Shown: in pieces, positions 42,483 to 57,195 of the stretch
Position numbering within the stretch: the stretch's first letter is position 1
How the letters are laid out: each line of letters opens with the position of its first letter
Assembly: GCA_002104945.1 (NCBI GenBank)
Contig: MCFH01000001.1
Location: 868,001 to 932,000, forward strand
Length of the DNA: 64,000 nt
Direction: 5' to 3'
Source: Piromyces finnis finn
Taxonomy: Eukaryota; Fungi; Neocallimastigomycota
Position numbers and translations under genes: made by a program
The notes under the pieces: model-generated
What the model was told of the DNA's origin: nothing
What the model saw: only the letters and a program-made list of their open reading frames with translations
Database searches by the model: none

Positions 42483-45299
42483 TGTAATCCCTAAATCTTT
42501 TAGGAGGAGATTAAATTATATTAATAAAAAAGGAGGTTTTTTCTAGGTACTAAACTAAAACATTTTATAGGTATCTACTCTAAATATAATTATTTTTTTC
42601 TCTCCAATTTTAATTCAACAATAATAGCAATGTTTAGAAAGATTAAAACCAATGATCAAGAGTATCCTCTATCCTTATACTATATTTCTTATTTTTTTTT
42701 TCCTTTCTATATTTTTACTTGTATAAAAACTGTTACCATTAAAACAAATTTAAATTAAAAGGTTTCAAAATATATTTGCACTGTTATATAGATATATAAA
42801 AAAAAAAAAAAGGAAATTTAAATATTTTTTATATATTTTTTATACCTATATTTTTTTTTTAGCTTAATATTCCTATTCATCTTAAGTCTACTTTTTCATT
42901 TAGCTTAGCTTGTATTAGTTTTTTTTTTTTTCTTCTTGTTGCTTATTTAGTTATTTTTAGTAGAAATTATATACATATATATTATTTCTCTATCATTTTT
43001 TAGGGGAAAATGAATAATTAATTTAATTATTATATAATAATTAAAATTTATTTTTATTAAATTTATTTAATGAATTTATTTAATAATCTTGTATTTGAAT
43101 ACAAAATTTATACAAAAAAGCTTATATTAAAAATTTCCTTTTTTGATAACGGCAAAAAAGTAAATACATGTGAGGAAAATTTAAAAATTAAAATATTTAA
43201 ACTCCTTATATTACCACGAATAATTCAACCAATAACAATAAGTTTGGTATAAATTGAAATTTTTTTAGTCATCATTACTACTTTTTGAAACCTTGATATT
43301 TTTAATATAGAAAGTAAAAAAAATATATATAATATAGGAGTAATAAAAAAAAAAAAAAAGCCTATTAATAAGAAAATTATTAATACGGTATAATTTTAAT
43401 TAAAAAAAAAAAAGTAATATAGAAAACAATATAATAATAAAATATTTTAATTTAATAAAGATAGAAATTATTTATTAATTTTTTTTTTTTTAAAAAAAGA
43501 AAATTAAGTAAAGCTTTGATTTTCATTTCCTAATTTAACACAAAATCTTTCCCTTTTTTTTCTTAAATTAAATAGAAAAAAAAAAAAAAGTTTTTTTAAT
43601 TAATTAATAGTAATACTAATTTTATCCTAAATAATATAATATCCTTCATTTATGATATTATGTTTAAGAATGACTTTTTTATACATAACATTTTTGTATA
43701 TATATATATATAATTCATAAAATGCTTGTTATGAACTTTTAAAATAATTTAAGCTTTCATTATAAATTAAAATTTGCTCTAAAGAATGAAATGGCTACAT
43801 TACCATAACAAGAAAAAAGAAGTAGCTTGAAAGTTTAATTCATAATAAATGTATTTATTATATTTATAGGTTTTATTTAATTATAGAATTAAGTTTTTTT
43901 AATACAAAAGTTTATTAGTTTTTCCTGAAGAGGATAACTTTTTTTATTTTAAAAATATAATATATATATAATTTTTAAAATTGTAAAAAGTAATATTACA
44001 TGGTGAGGTTATAATAATAAAGGAAGGAACTAAAAATTAAATATTATATAAATGGTATTTTTGTTTGCATCATCTTCTGATATAGTAAATGATATGAAAT
44101 GGACTATTTTATATTGTTGTTAACTATTAATAGTTTTATTTTAAACTTTATATTAGTGCTTATACATTGTTTTTTTTTTTTTTTAAACATTACTATTTTA
44201 AATATAAATTATATTATATTAAATGAAATAATACCAAAACATTTTTATATCAATGTTTTCAAGGTTCATTTTTATGCATAAAATAGATTTATTTTTTTTT
44301 TTTAGAAATCATATTAAATATTGAGTAGTATAAATCATAAAAAAAGATTTTATTATTACATAAAATGATAAAATGCTATCAAAAAGCGATACCTACAATT
44401 TTTATATAAATATAATTACTCATTAAAGAATAGTTTATTCTATTAATATGCTAATTAAAATATAAAAATTAAAACTTTCAAAATTACCCAAAAAATAATG
44501 AGACGCTCAACTATACTAAATGTCTTATGTGATTACTAATAATACCTATAAGAATCTCTTTATTTAAAAAGTTTTCCAAACTTTCTATTATTGAACATGA
44601 AATTCAAATATCTTTATGAGTATAATTTTTCTTAATTAAATTTATATAAATTTTATTTTATTTTATTTTATTTTTTTTAATTAATATGAATATAATGTAA
44701 AAGTAATATTGTAATTGTATGATTCATAAATTGAAAAATGTATAAAGAAAAATGGCTTATTATCAGGATTAGTATAAACAAACAAACAAAAAAAAAAAAA
44801 AACTTTTAATATTAAAAAAGGGCTTATTATTATTTTAAAGTTACTAGTTAAACGATGAGAAGTACAAGAAGTATTTTAAGAGTTAAAGAAATATTAACGG
44901 TAATAAAATTATATAATATAAAATTTTATTAACATTAATATTTCTCTAAGAATAAAATTTTAAATACTATTTACTAATGAATCTTCTTAATAATAATGAT
45001 CTATTAGATTACGAATTTAAAAAAAAAAAAAAAAAAAAAAAAAGCAATATCTAAATTAGCTATAATATTTATTATATTTTTAACTTTTGAGTTTTATATT
45101 TAAATAACATTTAAATAATTAAATATTACTATAATAATAATGTATATATATATATATATCTTTGTTCTGAATCTTATACAGTATATCCAACATTTAATAA
45201 AATTTTATTTATAATAAAAAAAAAAAAAGCTCTTTTTTAATTAAATATTGTGTAAATAAAAAAATATTATTAATATATTTATCCCTTTTTTTACTTTTA

Positions 45300-47400
45300 A
45301 TATTCCCTGTATAAATTAAATATCTGACTTTTTACAATTACGGAAAATACTAAACCATAATTAGATTAATACATGAGTGAATATCAAGGCATATTAGATT
45401 ATATAAAAATCATATTAATTATTTTTGTGTTACACCGTTTTTACCATTATTATTGTTTTTGTCCCCCAAAACCCTTTTTTGTGTTGGATTAAAAAAAATA
45501 TATAAATATAAGATAATAAAGAAATACTATAAATTTATCAAAAGAAAAGATATTTAGCAATAAATATAATATAAATAAATCAGTACCTAAATAAATTAAA
45601 ACTGATAGTTCTACCCTTTTAATAATAAAAAAGCCAAAAATATTGTACAAAAGAAATAAATAATGCTCAACGCAACAATGGATAAATAAACTAACAAAAT
45701 TGTTGAATCAGGTTTAGTGATTTCTAGTAAAGAGATAAAGAAGAAAACAAATACTAAAAGATATTTTTATCGAGTTATGAGATTTATATGAATAATATAT
45801 TTGTTCTCTCAATGATATTTATCTAAATCCATAATCATATATTTATATACTTTTAACCAATCATGTACCTTAGTATTTGAAGATAAAGTAAAAATAGGGT
45901 ATATTGTTTGACGTTTTGAATTGATATTAAATAACATTAATTGTAATAATATGTAAACTATTTTATTGATAAAATGATATTAAATTATTTAGAAAAGTCA
46001 ATAAATACTTGTTCAAGGTTAGATTGACTGATTGTGTAATCCTTAATAAGCATTTTTTTCATGGCATCTTCCATCATTTCAAATAATTTTTCTATACATA
46101 TTAGTAATCGGAAATTGATATTTGAAATGGTTATCAGTGATACATTCGAATTTATAATTATTTAGGGAAAAGTAATTTTTGGATCTAAAAAGTAACTCAT
46201 GTACAATTTCTTTGTTGATTATTTTGAATTTCAACAATATAACTATCGGCATATTTCTTTTTTAAATATTCTGGTGATCCCATACACACAAGACGACCAT
46301 TGATTAAACTAAACAGTCACATAATTCTTGTGCTTCTTCTATTAAATATGTAGTTAAAATGATGGAAGATTTATTATTTTCTTTCACTTCTTTAATCATA
46401 TCCCATACGAATAGACGAATAACTGGGTCAATACCAGCTGTGGGTTCATCTAAAATAATTTGATTTGGGGAAGCGCAAATAGTTAATAAAATGCATAATT
46501 TATGCTTCACTCCTCCACTTAAATTTTTAACCGGTTTGTTTTTGTGTTCATCAACTTTAAAATATTTAATATACTAATCAATGTATTTATTAAGTTGTCT
46601 GGAACACCACAAAGTTTTAAGAAGAGGCGAACATAATCAAGAATACTTAATTCACCCCCATATAACATTTTCTTGAGGACAATAGCTAATGATTTCTTTA
46701 GATTTATATGAATCAATACCATTGAAATGAACATTTCCGGTAGTTTGAGGGAAATTAGAGGAAATGATATTTAAAATAATTAATTTACCAACACTGTTTG
46801 GTCCTAATAAACCAAAACATTCCTTTTTCTTCACTCCAAAAGTAACATCCTCTATAACAGTTTTAATATACTTTTTTAAAAGAATAGGCTGAACAGTGGA
46901 TATCATCGTATTGATAATTTTTATTTTTTTTTTTTTGAGTTTTTCTTTTTCACTTTTATCAAAATCAATATCAACAGAAAAATCATTAGTTATATGTAAA
47001 ATGGTATGGCCGCTTTGATGTACGCTGTTAAAAATACAGATTTTATTTCTGTTATTAATACTTTTATTAAATATAATAAATTATTAAATATCATAGATAA
47101 AAACTGAGAGAACGTTTTTTTTCATTCCTTGGAAAATAATGAAGTCCTTTAAAATTAATGGAAACAAGTTTTAATAAACCATTTTAATAATATTCTTTTA
47201 TATTGTTATAAAAATGATATTTCTAAACCACTTAAAATATTAATTATCAATAAACAACTTATATAAAAATGATATTTCTAAACCACTTAAAATATTAATT
47301 ATCAATAAACAACTTAATGTAAATTTGGCTGACACTGAAAATAAAACAGCAGGAAACACTGAATAAATAATACTTGAAACAAAAATTATTTTTAATTATA
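45300..47400 (-). pseudogene. Fragmented ABCA-subfamily transporter pseudogene
   Basis: ECFGLLGPNSVGK (degenerate Walker A), YCPQEN, SGG signature preceded by a stop, IILDEPTAGIDP, LTTYLIEEAQELCD and SNLEQVFIDF are spread over several frames with stops. Hydrophobic transmembrane-like remnants flank them; outer limits are approximate. Confidence 0.78.
47207..47316. repeat. Exact 55-bp tandem duplication within the ABCA pseudogene region
   Basis: TATAAAAATGATATTTCTAAACCACTT...AAACAACTTA occurs twice head to tail. Confidence 0.85.
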
Positions 47401-48614
47401 AATGTAAATATTTAATATACTTTTATACAAAATATTACATTTTTTTATAATTAAAATAATTGTATTGTATTGTATTGTATTGTATTTATATATTTATTGT
47501 TAGATTATTATAATTATATCTACTTTAATCTATGGTAAAGAGTCTTTTAAAAGTATACAAATTGCTATTATCTTAAAATTTGAATATTTATTTTATTTAT
47601 ACTCTAATTATGACTTATTACTACTACACCTAAATTTAATAATACATTTCAAAAATAACTAAACTTTTAATTATTTATAAAATTATTTATTTATTTATAA
47701 AATTATTTATTTATTTATTTATCTATTTATTTAGTTATTTATTTAGTTATTTATTTATTTATTTATTTATTTATATATTGTATACAATATGATAAAATGA
47801 CACATTCATAAAAATAAATTAATTTTATGCATGTGATCTATACAATCATAATTTTTGATTAAATACTACTTTGAATAATTAATAAGCTGGATTAATTCTA
47901 CAAGTATTGTTCATATAAATAATGAAATAAGTTACTTTAATATTTATTTTCATCTTTTACTCTGTTTTTTTTTTTTAAAATATATATATATAATATTAAA
48001 GAAAAGAAAAATTAAAATAGGAACACTTTAAAAATCTTCACTAGTTACATTTATTTTATCTTTTCATATTTTAAAATGTTTTATAAATAAGAAATAGAAA
48101 ATTGAATTTAATTTATTCTTCAAAAAATATTCCTTAATTTAATTAGAAAGGAAACTTTAATTATTATATTTTTTGAATTTTGAACAATTTTTTAAATTAA
48201 ATAAATTCATTTGTTTTGACACTTATTAATATTTTGTTTAAAATCATAAAATATGAATAAATGGACAAATGAAATTAAAGCAAAAAAAATTACATTATCA
48301 TTTTACATTCATAAATACTACATTCAGTTTTTAAGTTATTAAATATTAATTTATTTTTAATTTAATTAAATGAATAATGAATATATACATTTGTGATATG
48401 TTTCAGCACTGGAAAATGATAAACTTTATTTTATAAGAAAAAAAATGGAAAAAAAAAATGCAAATATAAAAAAATATATAAAAACTGTAATTTTTCTCAT
48501 TACTCAATTATTTATTTATTTATAAAATAAAAAAAAAATAAAAAAAAAAGTATAAACAAATAACATACAATAAGAATAATAATAAAAAAATATAAAAATA
48601 AAATAAAAAATAAA

Positions 48615-51654
<3,040 letters not shown>

Positions 51655-52637
51655 AGAAAAAAAAAAAAAGAAAAAAAAAAAAAAAACTAATTGGGTACAA
51701 TACATCTAATTACTATATATAAAAAATAAAAAGCAATTAAAAAATGGTTATTATTTATAAATTTAGAGATAATATAAAATACTTGTATAAATAAATGTAG
51801 CAAATCAATAGATATATTCAATAAATAAATATGTGACTTTTAATATTGAAAATAAATTAAGGATTAAACAATTCAGTGTACAAAATGTTTTAATAATTTA
51901 TTCCCCTTTTTAAATTTCTTATATAAAAAAAAATATTCATATTTATATTTATATTAAATTGGTAAAGGAGTAATTAGATGGAAGGCAAAATAATAATTCT
52001 AATGAAATAAATTCCTATTTTCCAAATTAAAAAGTATAAATAAATTACTTTTTAAATAAAAAAAAAAAATTCACCAATATACCTTAATTCTATTATGAAT
52101 TAAGCTATTTTATTATTTTTTGATGTTTATTTGGTTTTAATAATAGTTTATTTATTAATATGATATTAAAAATTATAATATCAATAAAAAGTTGTTTTCC
52201 TAGTCTAAAAAAAAAAAAAAAAAGGGTTGTTTAATGAAAGAAAGAATTTTTTTTTTTTTTTTTTTTTTTTGTTATAAAAAATAAATAATTATTTATTTAT
52301 TTATTATATATAATTTTATTACATAAATATATAAAATAATAAAAAAAAAAAAAAAAAAATAAGAAAAAAATAATATACAATGTATATATATTTATGAGCA
52401 ATATAAAAAAGTATTTAATTATTATTTATTACAACTGATGTTGTTGAAAATTGGTGATGTGATTCTTCATTTCTAATTTTTTTTTTTAAAAAAAAAAAAA
52501 ACTAATTAATAAAAACAAATTACTATATAATTATTTTATATATTTATGCAGTAGTATATATAAAAAGTTTCAATATCTTTAAATACTATTAAACAAGATA
52601 TTAAATTCGAAAAGAAGATTCTTGACATCACAGACAT

Positions 52638-52799
52638 CTAACAAAGTGCTATCAAACCATCAGCAACCCATCCCATTAATGCACCAGAAATATTGATGAT
52701 ATGACCGAAAGCTTCGAATCCAATTCCATTTGCAACAATTGTTTCAACAACTTGAGTTCCAGCAGTAATAATAGCATGAACAATTCCAATGATAGGCAT
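52638..52799 (-). CDS. 53-aa hydrophobic/amphipathic microprotein MPIIGIVHAIITAGTQVVETIVANGIGFEAFGHIINISGALMGWVADGLIALC
   Basis: Isolated GC-enriched island whose limits match an open frame from ATG (A-rich context AATAAAAATG) to TAG, with host-like codons (GCT, GGT, GTT, ATT). It falls below the length cutoff of the ORF track. Confidence 0.7.
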   Translation of the reverse strand: MPIIGIVHAIITAGTQVVETIVANGIGFEAFGHIINISGALMGWVADGLIALC

Positions 52800-53116
52800 T
52801 TTTTATTCTTTTTATTATTATTGAGTAGAATTATATAATAGATAAAGAAATAAATAAATATATTGTAAGTGCTTTCTTTTTTTTTTTTTTTTTTTTAATC
52901 TTTTAAGAATATTTAATTGAATAAATTAAATATCTTTTTTTTTTTTTTATTATGCCAAAACAAAAATCAAAAATAATAAATTGAATCGTTTTTATAGAAC
53001 TTTTTTATAATGTCCAAAATTTTATCAAAAAGACCAATACCTAGATTTTATGAACATATTTATATAGTAAATTTAAAAAAAATGTTAATAATAATTTTTA
53101 AAAGAACATTTTTTTT

Positions 53117-53334
53117 TTAATATAAAAAGGTTCATGTTCATTAATTAATAATTGATATGATTAATATAAAAAGGTTCATGTTCATTAATTAATAATTGAT
53201 ATGATTAATATAAAAAGGTTCATGTTCATTAATTAATAATTGATATGATTAATATAAAAAGGTTCATGTTCATTAATTAATAATTGATATGATTAATATA
53301 AAAAGGTTCATGTTCATTAATTAATAATTGATAT
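53117..53334. repeat. Perfect 44-bp tandem repeat, about 5 copies
   Basis: TATAAAAAGGTTCATGTTCATTAATTAATAATTGATATGATTAA units start at 53121, 53165, 53209, 53253 and 53297. Confidence 0.95.
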
Positions 53335-55166
53335 AATATGAATTATATGGGATATGCTTTATACATTTTTATGTTATGTTGAGTCGTATTAATATATTAA
53401 TATAAAAGCTGTATAAACATAAAATAATAATAATTGTAGAACAAAAATATTATTATATTTTATAATTAATATTTTTTTTTTTTTTTTCATTGTAAAGTAA
53501 TAATGAAATGCAATTCATGGATTCTTTTAGAGTATTTACCCAACTTACATGTCCAAAAAGAAATATTCATATTTATATTTATATTAAATACAATACATAA
53601 AAATACATAAAATATGGGTTGAAAATGTATTTATTTCACAAATATATTTATCTATAAAGGGTTAGTTTTTATATTGAAAGGATTAGTTAATTTCAATATA
53701 TATTATTAATTAATAATAATGAATAGTTTACCAATTAAACATTTTTTTTAATTAATATATAAAACTTTATTAATTAATACATTAATTAATATATACAAAG
53801 GGTTAAATTATATATTTTTTTCTCAAAATAATTAATAGTATATATTTATTAAAAAATATTAGCTAACTCTAAAAAAAAAAAGATAAAAACTAAAAACATA
53901 TTTTAAAAGAATAAAAGCTTTTTTTTTTTACTATTACTAATTCTTTTTGGCAAAAAAAAAAAAATTAATTTTTATTATATAGTTGATATTTATATTTGTT
54001 TAAAATATGAAATTTTTTTTAAATATTAACATATTTATAGATAATGATCAAGTTCTTTTATAAAAATAATTTAAAAGGTTTATATAATTATTAATGTAAA
54101 GAAAAAAAAAAAGAGATCATTTTAAATACATTATAAAAATGAGAAAGAGAAAAAAGTTAAGCTAATATACTCTTTGTTATTTATGTTTTATTATAAATAG
54201 ATAATAAAGTTTTTTTCATTTTTTAGAAAAAAAAAGATTTATATAGAAATTGACATAAACTCTTTAAAGAATAATAGTACATTATTCTTTGTTTGAAAAA
54301 TAGTTAATTTTGTGTTTTGTATTTGTATTAATTAAATCCTTCAATAATACAAAGAAAAAATAAGTTTAAACTTTTTTGGATAAATTAGATATTTTATAAG
54401 GTGTTAATATTTAAAAAAAAAAAAAATTATTAATATATAAACTATTAATTAATTAAAAAATAAAAAAAAAAAAGAAATAATTAAATTTCATATTTATTAT
54501 TAATTATATATTTAATAAAGTATGATTTATTTTAATTAAGGTCAATACTGTAAATACAAATTAATTAAAAAAAAAATGTAATAAATAGTAATGAATATAA
54601 ATGATAATATATATTTATAATGAAAGTTTAGATATATATAGGTTTGCATTCTATATTAACATATAAGTTATAGAATAAATAAATAAATATTTCAATAATA
54701 AAAATTTCAAATTTTTTTAACTTATAGGACAACAGTTATTAAAAGTTGCTTAACATTGTTTTTCTAAATTATATATATAAATAGAAAGAAAAAAGCGCAA
54801 AAATATAAGAAGATGAACAAAGTTTTATTAATTATATTAATCATTTGTTCATTTGTTTGGTTATTCCTAAGTATTTATAATTAATAATAATAATAGTATT
54901 CCATGAAAATTATTATAACTTATTAAAAGTGATACACCAAAACATTACAAATTATTACTAGAAGATAAAAGGTAAAGCAATTCTATTTTAAAACCATTTT
55001 TTTTTTTTATTTTTATATATCATTCTTTTTTTAATTAATATACATTATTGTACAATAGATTTATCTTAATTAAAAATAAAATATTAATATTAAATAAACT
55101 TTGTAATTATATGAAACCTATTTTTTAAAAATAGAACAATTTAGTATAAATATAAATTATAAATAT

Positions 55167-55204
<38 letters not shown>

Positions 55205-55236
55205 ACTGCTGCATATATTGTATTTCATAAAACCAA

Positions 55237-57195
55237 ATGACCAATGTTAAAAAAGATAGTTTTGTAGAGGAACCTGTATGTCTAAAAATCCCATTAAATT
55301 TGGATAGTGACTTTGTGGATTTACTTAATAGAGATCCTAGAGGAGAATTAAATCAAGAAACATGGAAAAAATTATTAGCTATAGAAGGTTTAGGTTTGAA
55401 TTTTTTAGATATTATAAGAAATTTTCATGATGTGATTAATTATGGTTCGGATCATAGTATTGATCCTAATGCCAACTTTTCAATTGGACGTTACAAATTT
55501 TACACTAAAGAAATTCATGAAGCATTGGCTTCCCATAAAAAATTTGTTAATTTTTCCCAATTTTTTAATCATGTAAAACGTCTTTATGGTGCTGAAGAAG
55601 CAAAAGATCTATTTCGTACATGTATATGTGGAGATAATTATTTACATGATTCTTGCTATCTTTTTGTTCCATATTGTTATGCCATGTCAGTGGAACCTAT
55701 CATTAAAAATGGTATTATATTTAATAAACAACTACGTTCTTTTCCACCAAAACATGCTAGAAGTTTCATTGGTCAAGTTGCTGAAACTGTTACTAGTATG
55801 TCTCAAGAATTAGCTGGTGCTATTGCTATTGCTGACATTTTTGTGTATTATACCTATTTTCTTCAGAAAGAAGGTATTGAAACATTGGAAGGTTATTCTA
55901 AAAAAATTCTGAAAATTGAAAATGATTTTCAATCCCTTATCCACATTTTAAATTCTTCATATCGTGCTAATGGTCAAAGTGCTTTTACCAATATTTCCAT
56001 TTTTGATATGCCAAGTTTAGAACACTTATTTGGTGAACTTTACTTTCCAGATGGATCTCAACCAAACTTAAAATTAGTTATGGAAATTCAAAAGATTTTC
56101 TGTAATTGGTTTGCCCGTGGTCAATTAAAGGATTCTCTTTTACCATACCCATTCCCAGTTGTTACCTTAAATTTAAAGGTTAATGATAACAAGGAAGTTA
56201 TTGATCAAGAAACCTTCAAATATTTCTGTGAAATTAACTTGAATGGTCTTTTCAACTTTTTTGTTAGTGATTCTAATAAATTAGCATCTTGCTGCCGTGT
56301 TGTTAATAATCTTAATGTTCATATGAGTGTTTTTGGTGAAGGTGGTGTTAATATTGGTAGTTTAAGAGTTATTACTATTAATTTAGCTCGTATTGGTAAC
56401 GCTGTGGCTAAAGAAAATGGGGATATTAATGTATATTATGAAAAATTAGATAAACAATTAGACAAAGCCTATCGAATGCTTTTAGCTCATCGTGAATTTA
56501 TTAAGATCCAAATTCAACGTGGGGCTTGTCCATTCTTTGGTGAAAAATTAGGTTTTATGTTTTTAGAAAGATTTTTCCTTACTATTGGTATTAATGGTCT
56601 TTATGAAGGTTTAATGGAGATGGGTTACAATATGCTAGAAGATGAAGGTTTAGAGCTTGCTCGTAATATATTAGATCGTATTTCTAATTATGCTAATGCT
56701 AAATGTGATACCAAAGAAAAGATTTTATTTAATGTTGAACAAGTTCCAGGTGAATCTTTAGCTATTAAAAATGCTCTTAAGGATAAAATTGTTTGTGGTA
56801 TGAATTATCCTATTTATGCCAATCAATTTGTACCACTTTGGTCTGATGTTGAAATAGAAGAACGTATTAAAATTGATGGTGATCTTGCTAAATATATGAG
56901 TGGTGGTTGTATTAGTCATATTAATTTAGGGGATCGCATTGGAAGTGTACAACAAATGGAAAAAGTAGTAAACTATGCTATTAAGAATCATTGCGAACAT
57001 TTTGCTATCAACTATTGTTATAATTGTTGTGAAAATGAACACGTAACAATTTCTGGTGCGACGGAAATTTGTCCAATTTGTAGTGGAAAAATTATTGATC
57101 ATGTTACAAGAATTGTTGGTTATTTCACTTCAGTCAGTTCTTGGTCACCCGAAAGACGTGAAGAATTTAAAACAAGAAAGTTTACTAAGATTTAA
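55237..57195 (+). CDS. nrdD: Class III anaerobic ribonucleoside-triphosphate reductase, catalytic subunit (copy 1), intronless
   Basis: YLHD, PYCYA, PPKHARSF, AGAIA, QSAFTNISIFD, PYPFPVVT, ASCCR finger loop, IGSLRVITINLAR, EQVPGES, GGCISHI, CENEH...CPIC metal site and the TRIVGY glycyl-radical motif; no N-terminal ATP cone. Confidence 0.95.
   Translation: MTNVKKDSFVEEPVCLKIPLNLDSDFVDLLNRDPRGELNQETWKKLLAIEGLGLNFLDIIRNFHDVINYGSDHSIDPNANFSIGRYKFYTKEIHEALASHKKFVNFSQFFNHVKRLYGAEEAKDLFRTCICGDNYLHDSCYLFVPYCYAMSVEPIIKNGIIFNKQLRSFPPKHARSFIGQVAETVTSMSQELAGAIAIADIFVYYTYFLQKEGIETLEGYSKKILKIENDFQSLIHILNSSYRANGQSAFTNISIFDMPSLEHLFGELYFPDGSQPNLKLVMEIQKIFCNWFARGQLKDSLLPYPFPVVTLNLKVNDNKEVIDQETFKYFCEINLNGLFNFFVSDSNKLASCCRVVNNLNVHMSVFGEGGVNIGSLRVITINLARIGNAVAKENGDINVYYEKLDKQLDKAYRMLLAHREFIKIQIQRGACPFFGEKLGFMFLERFFLTIGINGLYEGLMEMGYNMLEDEGLELARNILDRISNYANAKCDTKEKILFNVEQVPGESLAIKNALKDKIVCGMNYPIYANQFVPLWSDVEIEERIKIDGDLAKYMSGGCISHINLGDRIGSVQQMEKVVNYAIKNHCEHFAINYCYNCCENEHVTISGATEICPICSGKIIDHVTRIVGYFTSVSSWSPERREEFKTRKFTKI

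Noticed and set aside
54813-54975. Signal-peptide-like mini ORF MNKVLLIILIICSFVWLFLSIYN with nearby splice-like sites
   Set aside because: Every splice option I tried hits a stop; hydrophobic short ORFs arise easily in T-rich DNA. At best a gene relic.
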